This document shows, one piece after another, positions 17,193-25,084 of a stretch of DNA of 52,369 bases. A model generated the notes under the pieces. That model worked only from the letters and a program-made list of their open reading frames with translations. It was not told the origin of the DNA and made no database searches. The translations under genes and the position numbers were made by a program. Source of the stretch: an uncultured Pseudomonadales bacterium (GTDB lineage Bacteria > Patescibacteriota > Microgenomatia > UBA1400 > PJMF01); assembly GCA_964437755.1 (NCBI GenBank), contig CAYTIA010000006.1, positions 1 through 52,369 on the forward strand, read 5' to 3'. How positions within the stretch are numbered: position 1 is the first letter of the stretch; each line of letters opens with the position of its first letter.

Positions 17193-18188
17193 ATGGCCAA
17201 CAAACAAGAAACCCAACAAACACCAGAAGATTCTTTACTTTCTCTCATTGAGTTAATAAGTGATTATCTGAACAGCAACGAAGCTTTTAAAAAAAACTCC
17301 GAAAATACGAGTACCCGTATTAGAGATAAAACAAGATCAATAATTCAACTACTAACAATAACATTGAATAAACTTTCTCAAAATGGACACAGGCTTCATT
17401 CAGTTGAAGCAGAATTAAGTCCTTTGATAAGTCAATGTCAATCATACGTATCTCTTAATTTTGATGAATACCAAGACTTTCGACTTCAAGGTATCTACAA
17501 TGAAGTGCGCGTTATTTTATCGACAATCCTTCCTCTTCTTACTAGAGCTTCTTTAGCTCAACCTCAGCAAGAAAATGCTTCACAATCCTTAGGATTTCCC
17601 GCTGAACTTATGCCAATTATCTTAAATTTATTAGCAACTTCAAATGGAGATGAGCTTGTACAAGTATTAAGAGCTTCAAATGAAACTAGCGCAAAACATG
17701 CTGCTCAAGTTGTTGAATTGCGTGAAGAAATTTATGGACTTAAAAGACAAACCTTAAGAAATGAATCTGAAGCCGCAAGAGAAGCAGCTACAAGAGAGGC
17801 TCAGAAACTTACTGAGCAGATTTATGCTCTCCAACGAGAAAAAACTGACTATAAGATAACATTAAGCATTAAGTTAGCAGCTGAAAGAAGAAAAGCCAGA
17901 AGAGAGCTATTTGAAGAAATGGACATTACCATTGTAGTAAATCTTTTAGAAAAATACGATTTATTTATTGCTAATCCAGAGTCAGAAGATACTGATTTGA
18001 TACTTGATACCGCCTTTATTCAAATATTGGCGATGAGAGCTTTTTCACTAAAAACAACTTTAGCAGGTAAACTTAAAGATAAGATTGTAAATCTTGTTAG
18101 AGATACAACAGGTGTTAATTCAATACATGCTCTTTTTGATCAAGCGGAAAAGTGGATTGAAGCCCGTTCAGATCAATCTGATCAATAA
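17193..18188 (+). CDS. Coiled-coil-rich hypothetical protein ending DQSDQ
   Basis: 331-aa ORF; E/A/R/K-rich heptad region in the middle. Confidence 0.7.
   Translation: MANKQETQQTPEDSLLSLIELISDYLNSNEAFKKNSENTSTRIRDKTRSIIQLLTITLNKLSQNGHRLHSVEAELSPLISQCQSYVSLNFDEYQDFRLQGIYNEVRVILSTILPLLTRASLAQPQQENASQSLGFPAELMPIILNLLATSNGDELVQVLRASNETSAKHAAQVVELREEIYGLKRQTLRNESEAAREAATREAQKLTEQIYALQREKTDYKITLSIKLAAERRKARRELFEEMDITIVVNLLEKYDLFIANPESEDTDLILDTAFIQILAMRAFSLKTTLAGKLKDKIVNLVRDTTGVNSIHALFDQAEKWIEARSDQSDQ
18169..18188 (+). repeat. 20-bp direct repeat, copy 2
   Basis: Exact match to 17149-17168, 1020 bp downstream. Confidence 0.9.
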
Positions 18189-18194
18189 ATCAAC

Positions 18195-19814
18195 TTACAT
18201 CAACGCTTCCTCAGCTAAAGTCTCTAAATCTTGGGTACTGGTCGGCACATCAACTACCTCGGCCTCTACTGGCGGTGTACAAAGAGTAAACTTAAAAGCA
18301 ATTTTATCTCCCACTATTATTTGCCCACACTCCTCAATAATCTGTTTTAATTTGGGTTGTTCTAACTGTTCCTGATGGAATCGATAGAAAACCTTAATTG
18401 TTGCTACTCCATTTGGACCAGCCTGAGGTTGTCCTGAGCGCAACAATGCTGCTAGGGTTGAGTTTCTGTCCTCGACCAGCTTTAGAAAATCATGCCAATT
18501 TTCACAAAGATGATTACTTAAAGAGCCTGACACAAGGGAATCTCCTATAACTAGCTCATTTTCACTTCTCTCTACATCAACCACAATTGCTGATGTCTCA
18601 ATTTTTTCTGAGGAAGAGTCTACAGAAATATCTTTGTGCTGTATCTGCTTGGAAGGTTGAAACTGAGTTTTTTTTGGTATTGAATCAGATTTTTCATTTT
18701 TTTTAGAAGATTTTCCTGAATCAGATGAAGAGCTGGAACTACTTCCTTTTGCTTTCTGAATGATAGATAGCAATAAAAGCTCAATCGGTAAAAAGGCGAT
18801 GGGAGAGTTTTGTTGTAAATTTGCAGCATTAAGTTGATTGAGCAAATACTGAGCTACTTTTTGTTCTAGTTGAGCCTCAGCCTTGATCACTCCCAGATTA
18901 ACTAACAACTCATGATGAAGATATTCAAACAATGATTGTATAAAATAGTCTTCGTTAAATTTTCGTTGACGTAAATCATCAAATAAGCTTACCACACCCT
19001 TTTCATCTTTAGCTAAAACTAATTTAAGTAGTTTTTTGACTTCAACAATTGCTGAACCACCAATTAATTTATCTACTTCCGCTAAGTTGACATTTCCAGA
19101 TTGACTGGCAATCTCAGCTAACTTTACCGCATCGCGAAAACTCCCATCCGCTCTTCTGGCAATTTCTAAAAGTGCATCCTCCTCAAAATTTATTTTTTCA
19201 GTTTCTAAAATCTTTTTTAATCGTTGAGTAATCTCGATTGAACTGGCTTTATAGAAAGAAATCAAGTTACACCTAGAAACAATTGTAGCTGGAACTTTAT
19301 GAAGTTCGGTAGTAGCTAGAATAAAAACCACATGAGCTGGTGGCTCCTCTAAAATCTTTAGTAAAGCATTAAATGCCTCATTCGTGAGCATGTGAACTTC
19401 ATCAAGAATATAAACTGAGATACTTCCCTCTTGGGGAGGAATATAGACCCTTTCTCTAAGCTGACGAATATCGTCAATGCCCCGATTACTTGCCGCGTCC
19501 ATCTCTTGCACAACTAACGAATGACCCCGAAAAACTCTTCTAGAAAAATCTGAATTAGGATCTGGCTCAACTAGCTTGGTCTTTTTTTTATTCTCTAAAA
19601 AGAAAATATTGTCTACAGCCTCTAGATTATTCTGATCATTAAGCATCGCTCCAATTATTCTTGAGGCAGATGTTTTACCAGTTCCCTTTGGTCCTGCAAA
19701 TAAAAATGAATGCGGAAAAATTCCAGAATCCATTAACTGCAACAACTGCTGACGCACTTGAGCAAGATCAAGATCGGCAATCTGACGTGGACGGTATTTT
19801 ATAAACCAAGACAT
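18195..19814 (-). CDS. dnaX: DNA polymerase III subunit gamma/tau
   Basis: KYRP, GPKGTGKTS, DAASNRG, DEVHML and ATTE motifs; start MSWFIKYRP at 19814. Confidence 0.95.
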   Translation of the reverse strand: MSWFIKYRPRQIADLDLAQVRQQLLQLMDSGIFPHSFLFAGPKGTGKTSASRIIGAMLNDQNNLEAVDNIFFLENKKKTKLVEPDPNSDFSRRVFRGHSLVVQEMDAASNRGIDDIRQLRERVYIPPQEGSISVYILDEVHMLTNEAFNALLKILEEPPAHVVFILATTELHKVPATIVSRCNLISFYKASSIEITQRLKKILETEKINFEEDALLEIARRADGSFRDAVKLAEIASQSGNVNLAEVDKLIGGSAIVEVKKLLKLVLAKDEKGVVSLFDDLRQRKFNEDYFIQSLFEYLHHELLVNLGVIKAEAQLEQKVAQYLLNQLNAANLQQNSPIAFLPIELLLLSIIQKAKGSSSSSSSDSGKSSKKNEKSDSIPKKTQFQPSKQIQHKDISVDSSSEKIETSAIVVDVERSENELVIGDSLVSGSLSNHLCENWHDFLKLVEDRNSTLAALLRSGQPQAGPNGVATIKVFYRFHQEQLEQPKLKQIIEECGQIIVGDKIAFKFTLCTPPVEAEVVDVPTSTQDLETLAEEALM

Positions 19815-19840
19815 ATTAAAAATTTTGTAACAAAAAATTA

Positions 19841-20230
19841 TCACTCATGATGATAACCCAATAGATGCATCAATCCATGTTCTAAGTAAAAAGATAACTG
19901 ATCATCGACCATTTTTCCATAGCGCTTTGCCATCTTCACCGCTTCTGGAAAACTAATAACTACCTCCCCCAGATGAACTGATTCTCCACCGGGAACAGGA
20001 AAGTCATTTAGTTGCTTTTTTTCATGCTGTGGAAACGATAAAACATCAGTTGTACCCTCATGTTTGAGATGCTTCTCATTGAGCTCTTTTATTTTTCTCT
20101 TGCCAACAACCCAAACCTCAATCCTTACATTATCAACTCCATGCTGAGAAATTAGATCAACAGCTTTTTGACGCAATTTTTTACGATCAACTGCATACCT
20201 TGAACTAATAATGAAATCAACTTTTATCAT
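19841..20230 (-). CDS. ybeY: rRNA maturation RNase YbeY
   Basis: TDVLSFP and HGLMHLLGYHH (H-x3-H-x5-H). Confidence 0.93.
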   Translation of the reverse strand: MIKVDFIISSRYAVDRKKLRQKAVDLISQHGVDNVRIEVWVVGKRKIKELNEKHLKHEGTTDVLSFPQHEKKQLNDFPVPGGESVHLGEVVISFPEAVKMAKRYGKMVDDQLSFYLEHGLMHLLGYHHE

Positions 20231-20240
20231 TTTTTAACTA

Positions 20241-20471
20241 TTAAATTACTGCTTGTAAATGTTGTTGAAACTGCGATTGGAGAAGCCTCATTAAAGATTC
20301 GTGATCTCCATTCAACCAATACTCATATGCTTCATCAAAAAAATCAGTTGTTTGCAATTGTGGAGGTAAAGCTAGAAGAAGTTCATATAATACAAGAACG
20401 TCAAGCATCCCGTTTTGAGCTTCCACCTTATGAGGTTCAAAACCAGCCTCTTTTATTTGTGCAACTGACAT
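20241..20471 (-). CDS. Small hypothetical protein
   Basis: 76-aa ORF tightly packed in the operon. Confidence 0.55.
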   Translation of the reverse strand: MSVAQIKEAGFEPHKVEAQNGMLDVLVLYELLLALPPQLQTTDFFDEAYEYWLNGDHESLMRLLQSQFQQHLQAVI

Positions 20472-21418
20472 TATATCTCTCCAAGTTGGTTAATAATTTG
20501 ATTTAAATTAATCACTCCTAATGGCACTTCGTCATTGGGATCATTCACAAATAACAAAAGAACTCTACCACGGGTTTTTGGACTCCAGATTTTACCCTCA
20601 CGAATAATTTCAGGAGATCCACCAAACTGTTTTTTAACCCACATGGCTGGACCGGCATCCCCAACTACGCCAACTACGGCTAGCTGCTCAGCAGGATTAA
20701 TAGCAATCATTTTCCTAAATTTATACCAAGGTTTCAACTCTGCGTGATTACTGTTCCAATCAGACAGATACATTGTCTGAACAGCAAAATAATACTTTTC
20801 CATTAAAACAGCTTTTTGTGTTAACTCACCATCTTGTGTAAACCAACCAAATGCTCCTCTGTTTGGCGCTATACCCGCCTCTTGATATGCGTCATGATCT
20901 TCAAGCTTATCTCCGGGGTACCGAACCAAGTGCTGCTCACCACCCATAATACCAATGGTGTGATTTAAACGCTTTCCTTCTAACTCCGCCTGAACCTCAA
21001 AACCAAGTAAGTCTGATAGCTGCTGTTCAAGATATAGTTCTTCTTCCTTTGGTAAATGCCCTACATCCATATTGACATAACCCACCATTTTACCGATGAT
21101 TTCCTCTAATTCTTGCTGAGTGATTTCTGTAAGAAGCTTATTTCGTTGTTTTTGTTCTAAAACTGAAAGATTCTGCTGAACTTGAGCCTCAACGGGTTGA
21201 GTAATAGCCAGATGAGCTGCTAAAGTAGCGGCTGTTGTAAACTGTTTAGCGAAATCTATTAGCTGAGCTTGAGAAGTGAATTTGTTATCAAGCCAATTAG
21301 CTACGTCAGCATTTTTTTCTCTTAAAGCCTCCTTTGCCATTTGATATCGATCTTGCAACGAAGATGAGACATCATAAAGTAAGTCAGATGGTGATTGGGC
21401 AGTTTTAGTTGGACTCAT
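20471..21418 (-). CDS. Hypothetical protein
   Basis: 315-aa ORF overlapping the gltX stop; globular C-terminal part (VVGDAGPA...KQFGGSPE). Confidence 0.75.
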   Translation of the reverse strand: MSPTKTAQSPSDLLYDVSSSLQDRYQMAKEALREKNADVANWLDNKFTSQAQLIDFAKQFTTAATLAAHLAITQPVEAQVQQNLSVLEQKQRNKLLTEITQQELEEIIGKMVGYVNMDVGHLPKEEELYLEQQLSDLLGFEVQAELEGKRLNHTIGIMGGEQHLVRYPGDKLEDHDAYQEAGIAPNRGAFGWFTQDGELTQKAVLMEKYYFAVQTMYLSDWNSNHAELKPWYKFRKMIAINPAEQLAVVGVVGDAGPAMWVKKQFGGSPEIIREGKIWSPKTRGRVLLLFVNDPNDEVPLGVINLNQIINQLGEI

Positions 21419-22952
21419 CTAACTTATTTTGATTAATAAACTCAACAGCCCTTTTAATTCTATTTAGGCTGTCTTGCCAACCCAGGGCAATCATAATTTC
21501 ATAGAGAGGAGGAGTAAACTTTCTAGCTGTTAAAGCAGATCTCATAGTCATAAAAACAATCTTGTGAGGTAATTGATGTTTGTCAGCAAGATCACGAACA
21601 GATTTTTCCCAACTACTAGAGTCAACTTCTCCTAAATTTTCAAAAGTACTTATAACATCAGATAAAACAGTTTGAATAACTTCTGCCGGTTGCTTCTGTA
21701 GCAAATCATCAAGATCATAATTAAGTTCATCCTCAAAAAATAACTCCATTAAATCATGAAATTCTAACAGTGTACGAGCACGGTCCTGAGCTAATTTCAA
21801 TGAACTTTTAAACAACTGTTGATTTTTTAAATGACACGATTGAAGCTGCTGAACTTTTTTAATCACCTCTTCATCCTCACCATTAGTCATTACCCAGTTT
21901 ATCCACTCAATGATTTGCTGATAAAGATCATCGAGAGATAACTCTCTCATATATTTGCCATTCAGCCAATCAAGTTTTTTCAGATCAAAGATAGGCCCAG
22001 TTATATTCATCTGCTCCCACTCAAATTTATTAACCATCTCATCTAATGAAAAAATTTCTTGATTTTCTGAAGGTTTCCAAGCTAAAAGAGCCAAAAAGTT
22101 TAACAAAGCTGATGATAGATATCCATGTTCACGATACCACCAAACTGATGTATTGCCCTTTCGCTTTGAAAGTTTGGATTTATCAGTATTGCGTAATGTT
22201 GGAGTGTGAATTAATTCTGGCATCTGCCAACCAAAATATTGATAAAGCAAAGCATGTTTAGGAGCACTTGGTAGCCACTCCTCACCTCTAACAATGTGCG
22301 AGATCTCCATTAAGTGATCATCAACCACTACAGCCAAATGATAGGTTGGATAACCATCCGACTTTAACAAAACTTGATCATCTATGGTGTTGGAGTCAAA
22401 CACTACTTTTCCCCTAAGTTTATCAAACACCTCGATAGTTTCATCATCGGGAACTTTAAGTCTAATCACCGCTTTTTCACCATTGGCCAGTCTTTGCTCA
22501 ACTTCTTGCTTGCTTAAGCTACGACAATGCCTATCATACTTTGGAGGAATTCCCGCCTGTCGCTGTTGGTCACGAACTTCCTCAAGTCTTTCTGGAGAAC
22601 AAAAACAGTAATAAGCTTTATCCATCTTGATCAATTCTTGAGCATATTTTTGGTAAAGAGAGAGTCTTTCTGACTGCCTATAGGGACCATGATCACCAGC
22701 AATGCCTGGACCTTCATCTGGAGTAATGTTTAGCCACGAAAACGCTTGATGGAGGACTTCTTCAGCTTCAGCAACAAAACGCTTCTGATCGGTATCCTCA
22801 ATTCTCATTATAAATTTACCATCATATCTTCGAGCAAAGACCCAATCGAACAATGCTTGAAAAGCTGTACCAACATGAGGAAATCCCGTTGGAGATGGAG
22901 CTATCCTTGTTCTAACTTTTCCTACTAGTGAGATATTTTTTTGTTTTGTCAT
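21405..22952 (-). CDS. gltX: Glutamyl-tRNA synthetase
   Basis: RIAPSPTG.PHVG, RIEDTD, VVDDH.M.ISH..RGEEW and KLSKR motifs. Confidence 0.97.
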   Translation of the reverse strand: MTKQKNISLVGKVRTRIAPSPTGFPHVGTAFQALFDWVFARRYDGKFIMRIEDTDQKRFVAEAEEVLHQAFSWLNITPDEGPGIAGDHGPYRQSERLSLYQKYAQELIKMDKAYYCFCSPERLEEVRDQQRQAGIPPKYDRHCRSLSKQEVEQRLANGEKAVIRLKVPDDETIEVFDKLRGKVVFDSNTIDDQVLLKSDGYPTYHLAVVVDDHLMEISHIVRGEEWLPSAPKHALLYQYFGWQMPELIHTPTLRNTDKSKLSKRKGNTSVWWYREHGYLSSALLNFLALLAWKPSENQEIFSLDEMVNKFEWEQMNITGPIFDLKKLDWLNGKYMRELSLDDLYQQIIEWINWVMTNGEDEEVIKKVQQLQSCHLKNQQLFKSSLKLAQDRARTLLEFHDLMELFFEDELNYDLDDLLQKQPAEVIQTVLSDVISTFENLGEVDSSSWEKSVRDLADKHQLPHKIVFMTMRSALTARKFTPPLYEIMIALGWQDSLNRIKRAVEFINQNKLDESN

Positions 22953-22964
22953 TTGTTAATCGAT

Positions 22965-24047
22965 TTACTCTAACACCAAATATTTTGAGTCTATGGCATG
23001 AACATATCCAAGAAAATCTTCATCGCCAGAAAAAACATAGATTGGTTGAAGATATGGCTGAGTTATAAAATCTTCATAATACCCCAAGACTATCTCTCGA
23101 ATAACAACTTTTTCAAGCTCAGAACCTGAGACAATATATCCTTCTCCTGATTGAAGTTCTTTCCAAGCTTGGGAAATAGGTTTTAATGGATAGGTATGAA
23201 CTGACTCATACTTTGCTGGCTGATAGTGATAATCTAACTGGACAATTCGATCATCATTTTCTAATGCTCCTGAAATTACCGCACTCACAATTCCTGTTTT
23301 TCCTTCTGGGGTGTACATCTCAAGAAAATTATCAACTGGAACTCTATTGATATCCACACGAACAAAGTTTGCATCTGATAAAGATACTGCTGGTAACAGC
23401 TCTCCTGCTAACACCCTAACATAAGAGACTTCACCAGAAGCAGTTGCCACGTCAGCAGGTAGAGAATCGCTTCTTCTTAAATAAGATTTAACTGCCTGAA
23501 CTGCATCATGCTTATCAGGAAGTTTTTTTACCTTAATTAGTTCTGGTCTTGATTGATAGTCAGTAATTAGCGAAAAGTTATAATTGATTAAATTAATCTC
23601 AAATATTGACTCGAGAGGGCTATATTTCATCCAGCGATAGTTGCTGGCATCAAGCAACTCAGGCTCATCAGTAAAACCATATCTATTAGCTATCTTTCTT
23701 GCTTTTTCATCTGCCAATAAACTTGGAGTGGGAATTTCCATCTCAAAAACCTTCGCTCTATCTGGGAACTCTGGCAAACGATTCCGAGCCGTTTCAAGCG
23801 TATATTCTTGAGTACGCTCTTGTATATCTTGTGCAGGAAAAACTATAGCTGGCAACCTTCCAAAACCCACAGTTGGAGGAGGAGGGGGAGGGGGGTTCAT
23901 GGCTTTGTAGTAGTTTACAGCTGCGATAAAAAGCATTCTCAATACTAAATAGGTCACTGTGCCTATTCCAATAAAAAGAAGTGCTTTTCTTCCATAGGAA
24001 GTAGCATCAGATAAAGTTAAACCCGCATTGTTTTTTTGAGTGCTCAT
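22965..24047 (-). CDS. Membrane-anchored hypothetical protein with a poly-Pro linker
   Basis: N-terminal TM helix, PPPPPPP stretch, beta-rich extracytoplasmic domain. Confidence 0.75.
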   Translation of the reverse strand: MSTQKNNAGLTLSDATSYGRKALLFIGIGTVTYLVLRMLFIAAVNYYKAMNPPPPPPPTVGFGRLPAIVFPAQDIQERTQEYTLETARNRLPEFPDRAKVFEMEIPTPSLLADEKARKIANRYGFTDEPELLDASNYRWMKYSPLESIFEINLINYNFSLITDYQSRPELIKVKKLPDKHDAVQAVKSYLRRSDSLPADVATASGEVSYVRVLAGELLPAVSLSDANFVRVDINRVPVDNFLEMYTPEGKTGIVSAVISGALENDDRIVQLDYHYQPAKYESVHTYPLKPISQAWKELQSGEGYIVSGSELEKVVIREIVLGYYEDFITQPYLQPIYVFSGDEDFLGYVHAIDSKYLVLE

Positions 24048-24114
24048 ATCTTTATGTTCTTATTTTAGCAGTTGAATCATACTTATGAAATACGGCTATT
24101 CCAAAAGAATTAAA

Positions 24115-25065
24115 TTAACCCGGAAAAGCTCCATCTTTCCAGATAACATTATTCTGTACCCACTCAATAAGTCCCAGAGTATCCTTATATCGATCTTGAG
24201 AACCCATCACAACAATTAAAACTTGGTGTCCGTCTTCTTCCCAAAGAGTAACCAATACTTGTTGTGCTAACAAAGTTGTTCCTGTTTTAATACCCTTAAC
24301 TTGATCATACTGATATAAGAGTTCATTGGTATTAAATAAATGATATTGATAACCTAAATTAAGATCGGTGATATCCAGATTTTTTATTGCAACAAACTCT
24401 TTTAAAACTGGATCCTTGATAACTTCACGAGCCAAGAGTGATAAATCCCAAGCAGAAGTCAACTGTGTATAGTCGTCGATACCTGTCGGATTGGCATATG
24501 TAGTCTGAAAAAGAGATAATTCTTTAGCTTTCTGATTCATGCGGTCGATAAAACCCTGGTATCCAGTTGGATAGTTCTCAGCTAGTACTTGAGCTGCATC
24601 ATTTCCAGAAAAAACTAGAGATGAGGCTAAAAGATCTTTGATCGTCACTTGAGTTCCCCAGAGAAAACCAACCTTATTGCCTAACACAAATCGACCGGAA
24701 TCAGTTGAAAGTGTATCGTCTAAATTGTAAGCTTCTCGAGCTACCAACGCAGTCATTAACTTAACCGTTGATGCTGGAAACTGTGACACATACATATTTC
24801 TAGATTGGATAATTGAGGCCGATTGAGGATCAACGATTAAATATGACTTAGCAGAAATTTGTGAAAAATAATCTTCAGCATCTAGATCCACCTCATTGTT
24901 AGTATGTATAACTGGATAAGGACTAGGATCAATTAGAGTAATATTTTGTAACAAAATGCTTGATTCAGCCGAGTCAGCAATGACATGAGATCCTTGAAAC
25001 AAAATTAAAACTGCAATTAACACAAAAGCGGTAATTTGGTCTGGACGCAGGCGAATTTTTATCAC
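24115..25065 (-). CDS. D-alanyl-D-alanine carboxypeptidase (peptidase S11)
   Basis: PASTVK (SxxK), SGN and KTG motifs; signal/TM segment. Confidence 0.93.
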   Translation of the reverse strand: MIKIRLRPDQITAFVLIAVLILFQGSHVIADSAESSILLQNITLIDPSPYPVIHTNNEVDLDAEDYFSQISAKSYLIVDPQSASIIQSRNMYVSQFPASTVKLMTALVAREAYNLDDTLSTDSGRFVLGNKVGFLWGTQVTIKDLLASSLVFSGNDAAQVLAENYPTGYQGFIDRMNQKAKELSLFQTTYANPTGIDDYTQLTSAWDLSLLAREVIKDPVLKEFVAIKNLDITDLNLGYQYHLFNTNELLYQYDQVKGIKTGTTLLAQQVLVTLWEEDGHQVLIVVMGSQDRYKDTLGLIEWVQNNVIWKDGAFPG

Positions 25066-25084
25066 TTTTAAAATTGCTGTTAAA

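Noticed and set aside
17149-18188. The 20-bp repeat as a CRISPR repeat or IS terminal repeat
   Set aside because: Only two copies, direct orientation, 1 kb apart with an ORF between; no cas gene or transposase in the window.
23875-23895. G-rich run (poly-Pro codons) as a G-quadruplex or contingency locus
   Set aside because: Fully explained by a seven-proline linker after a TM helix; the longest pure homopolymer is short.
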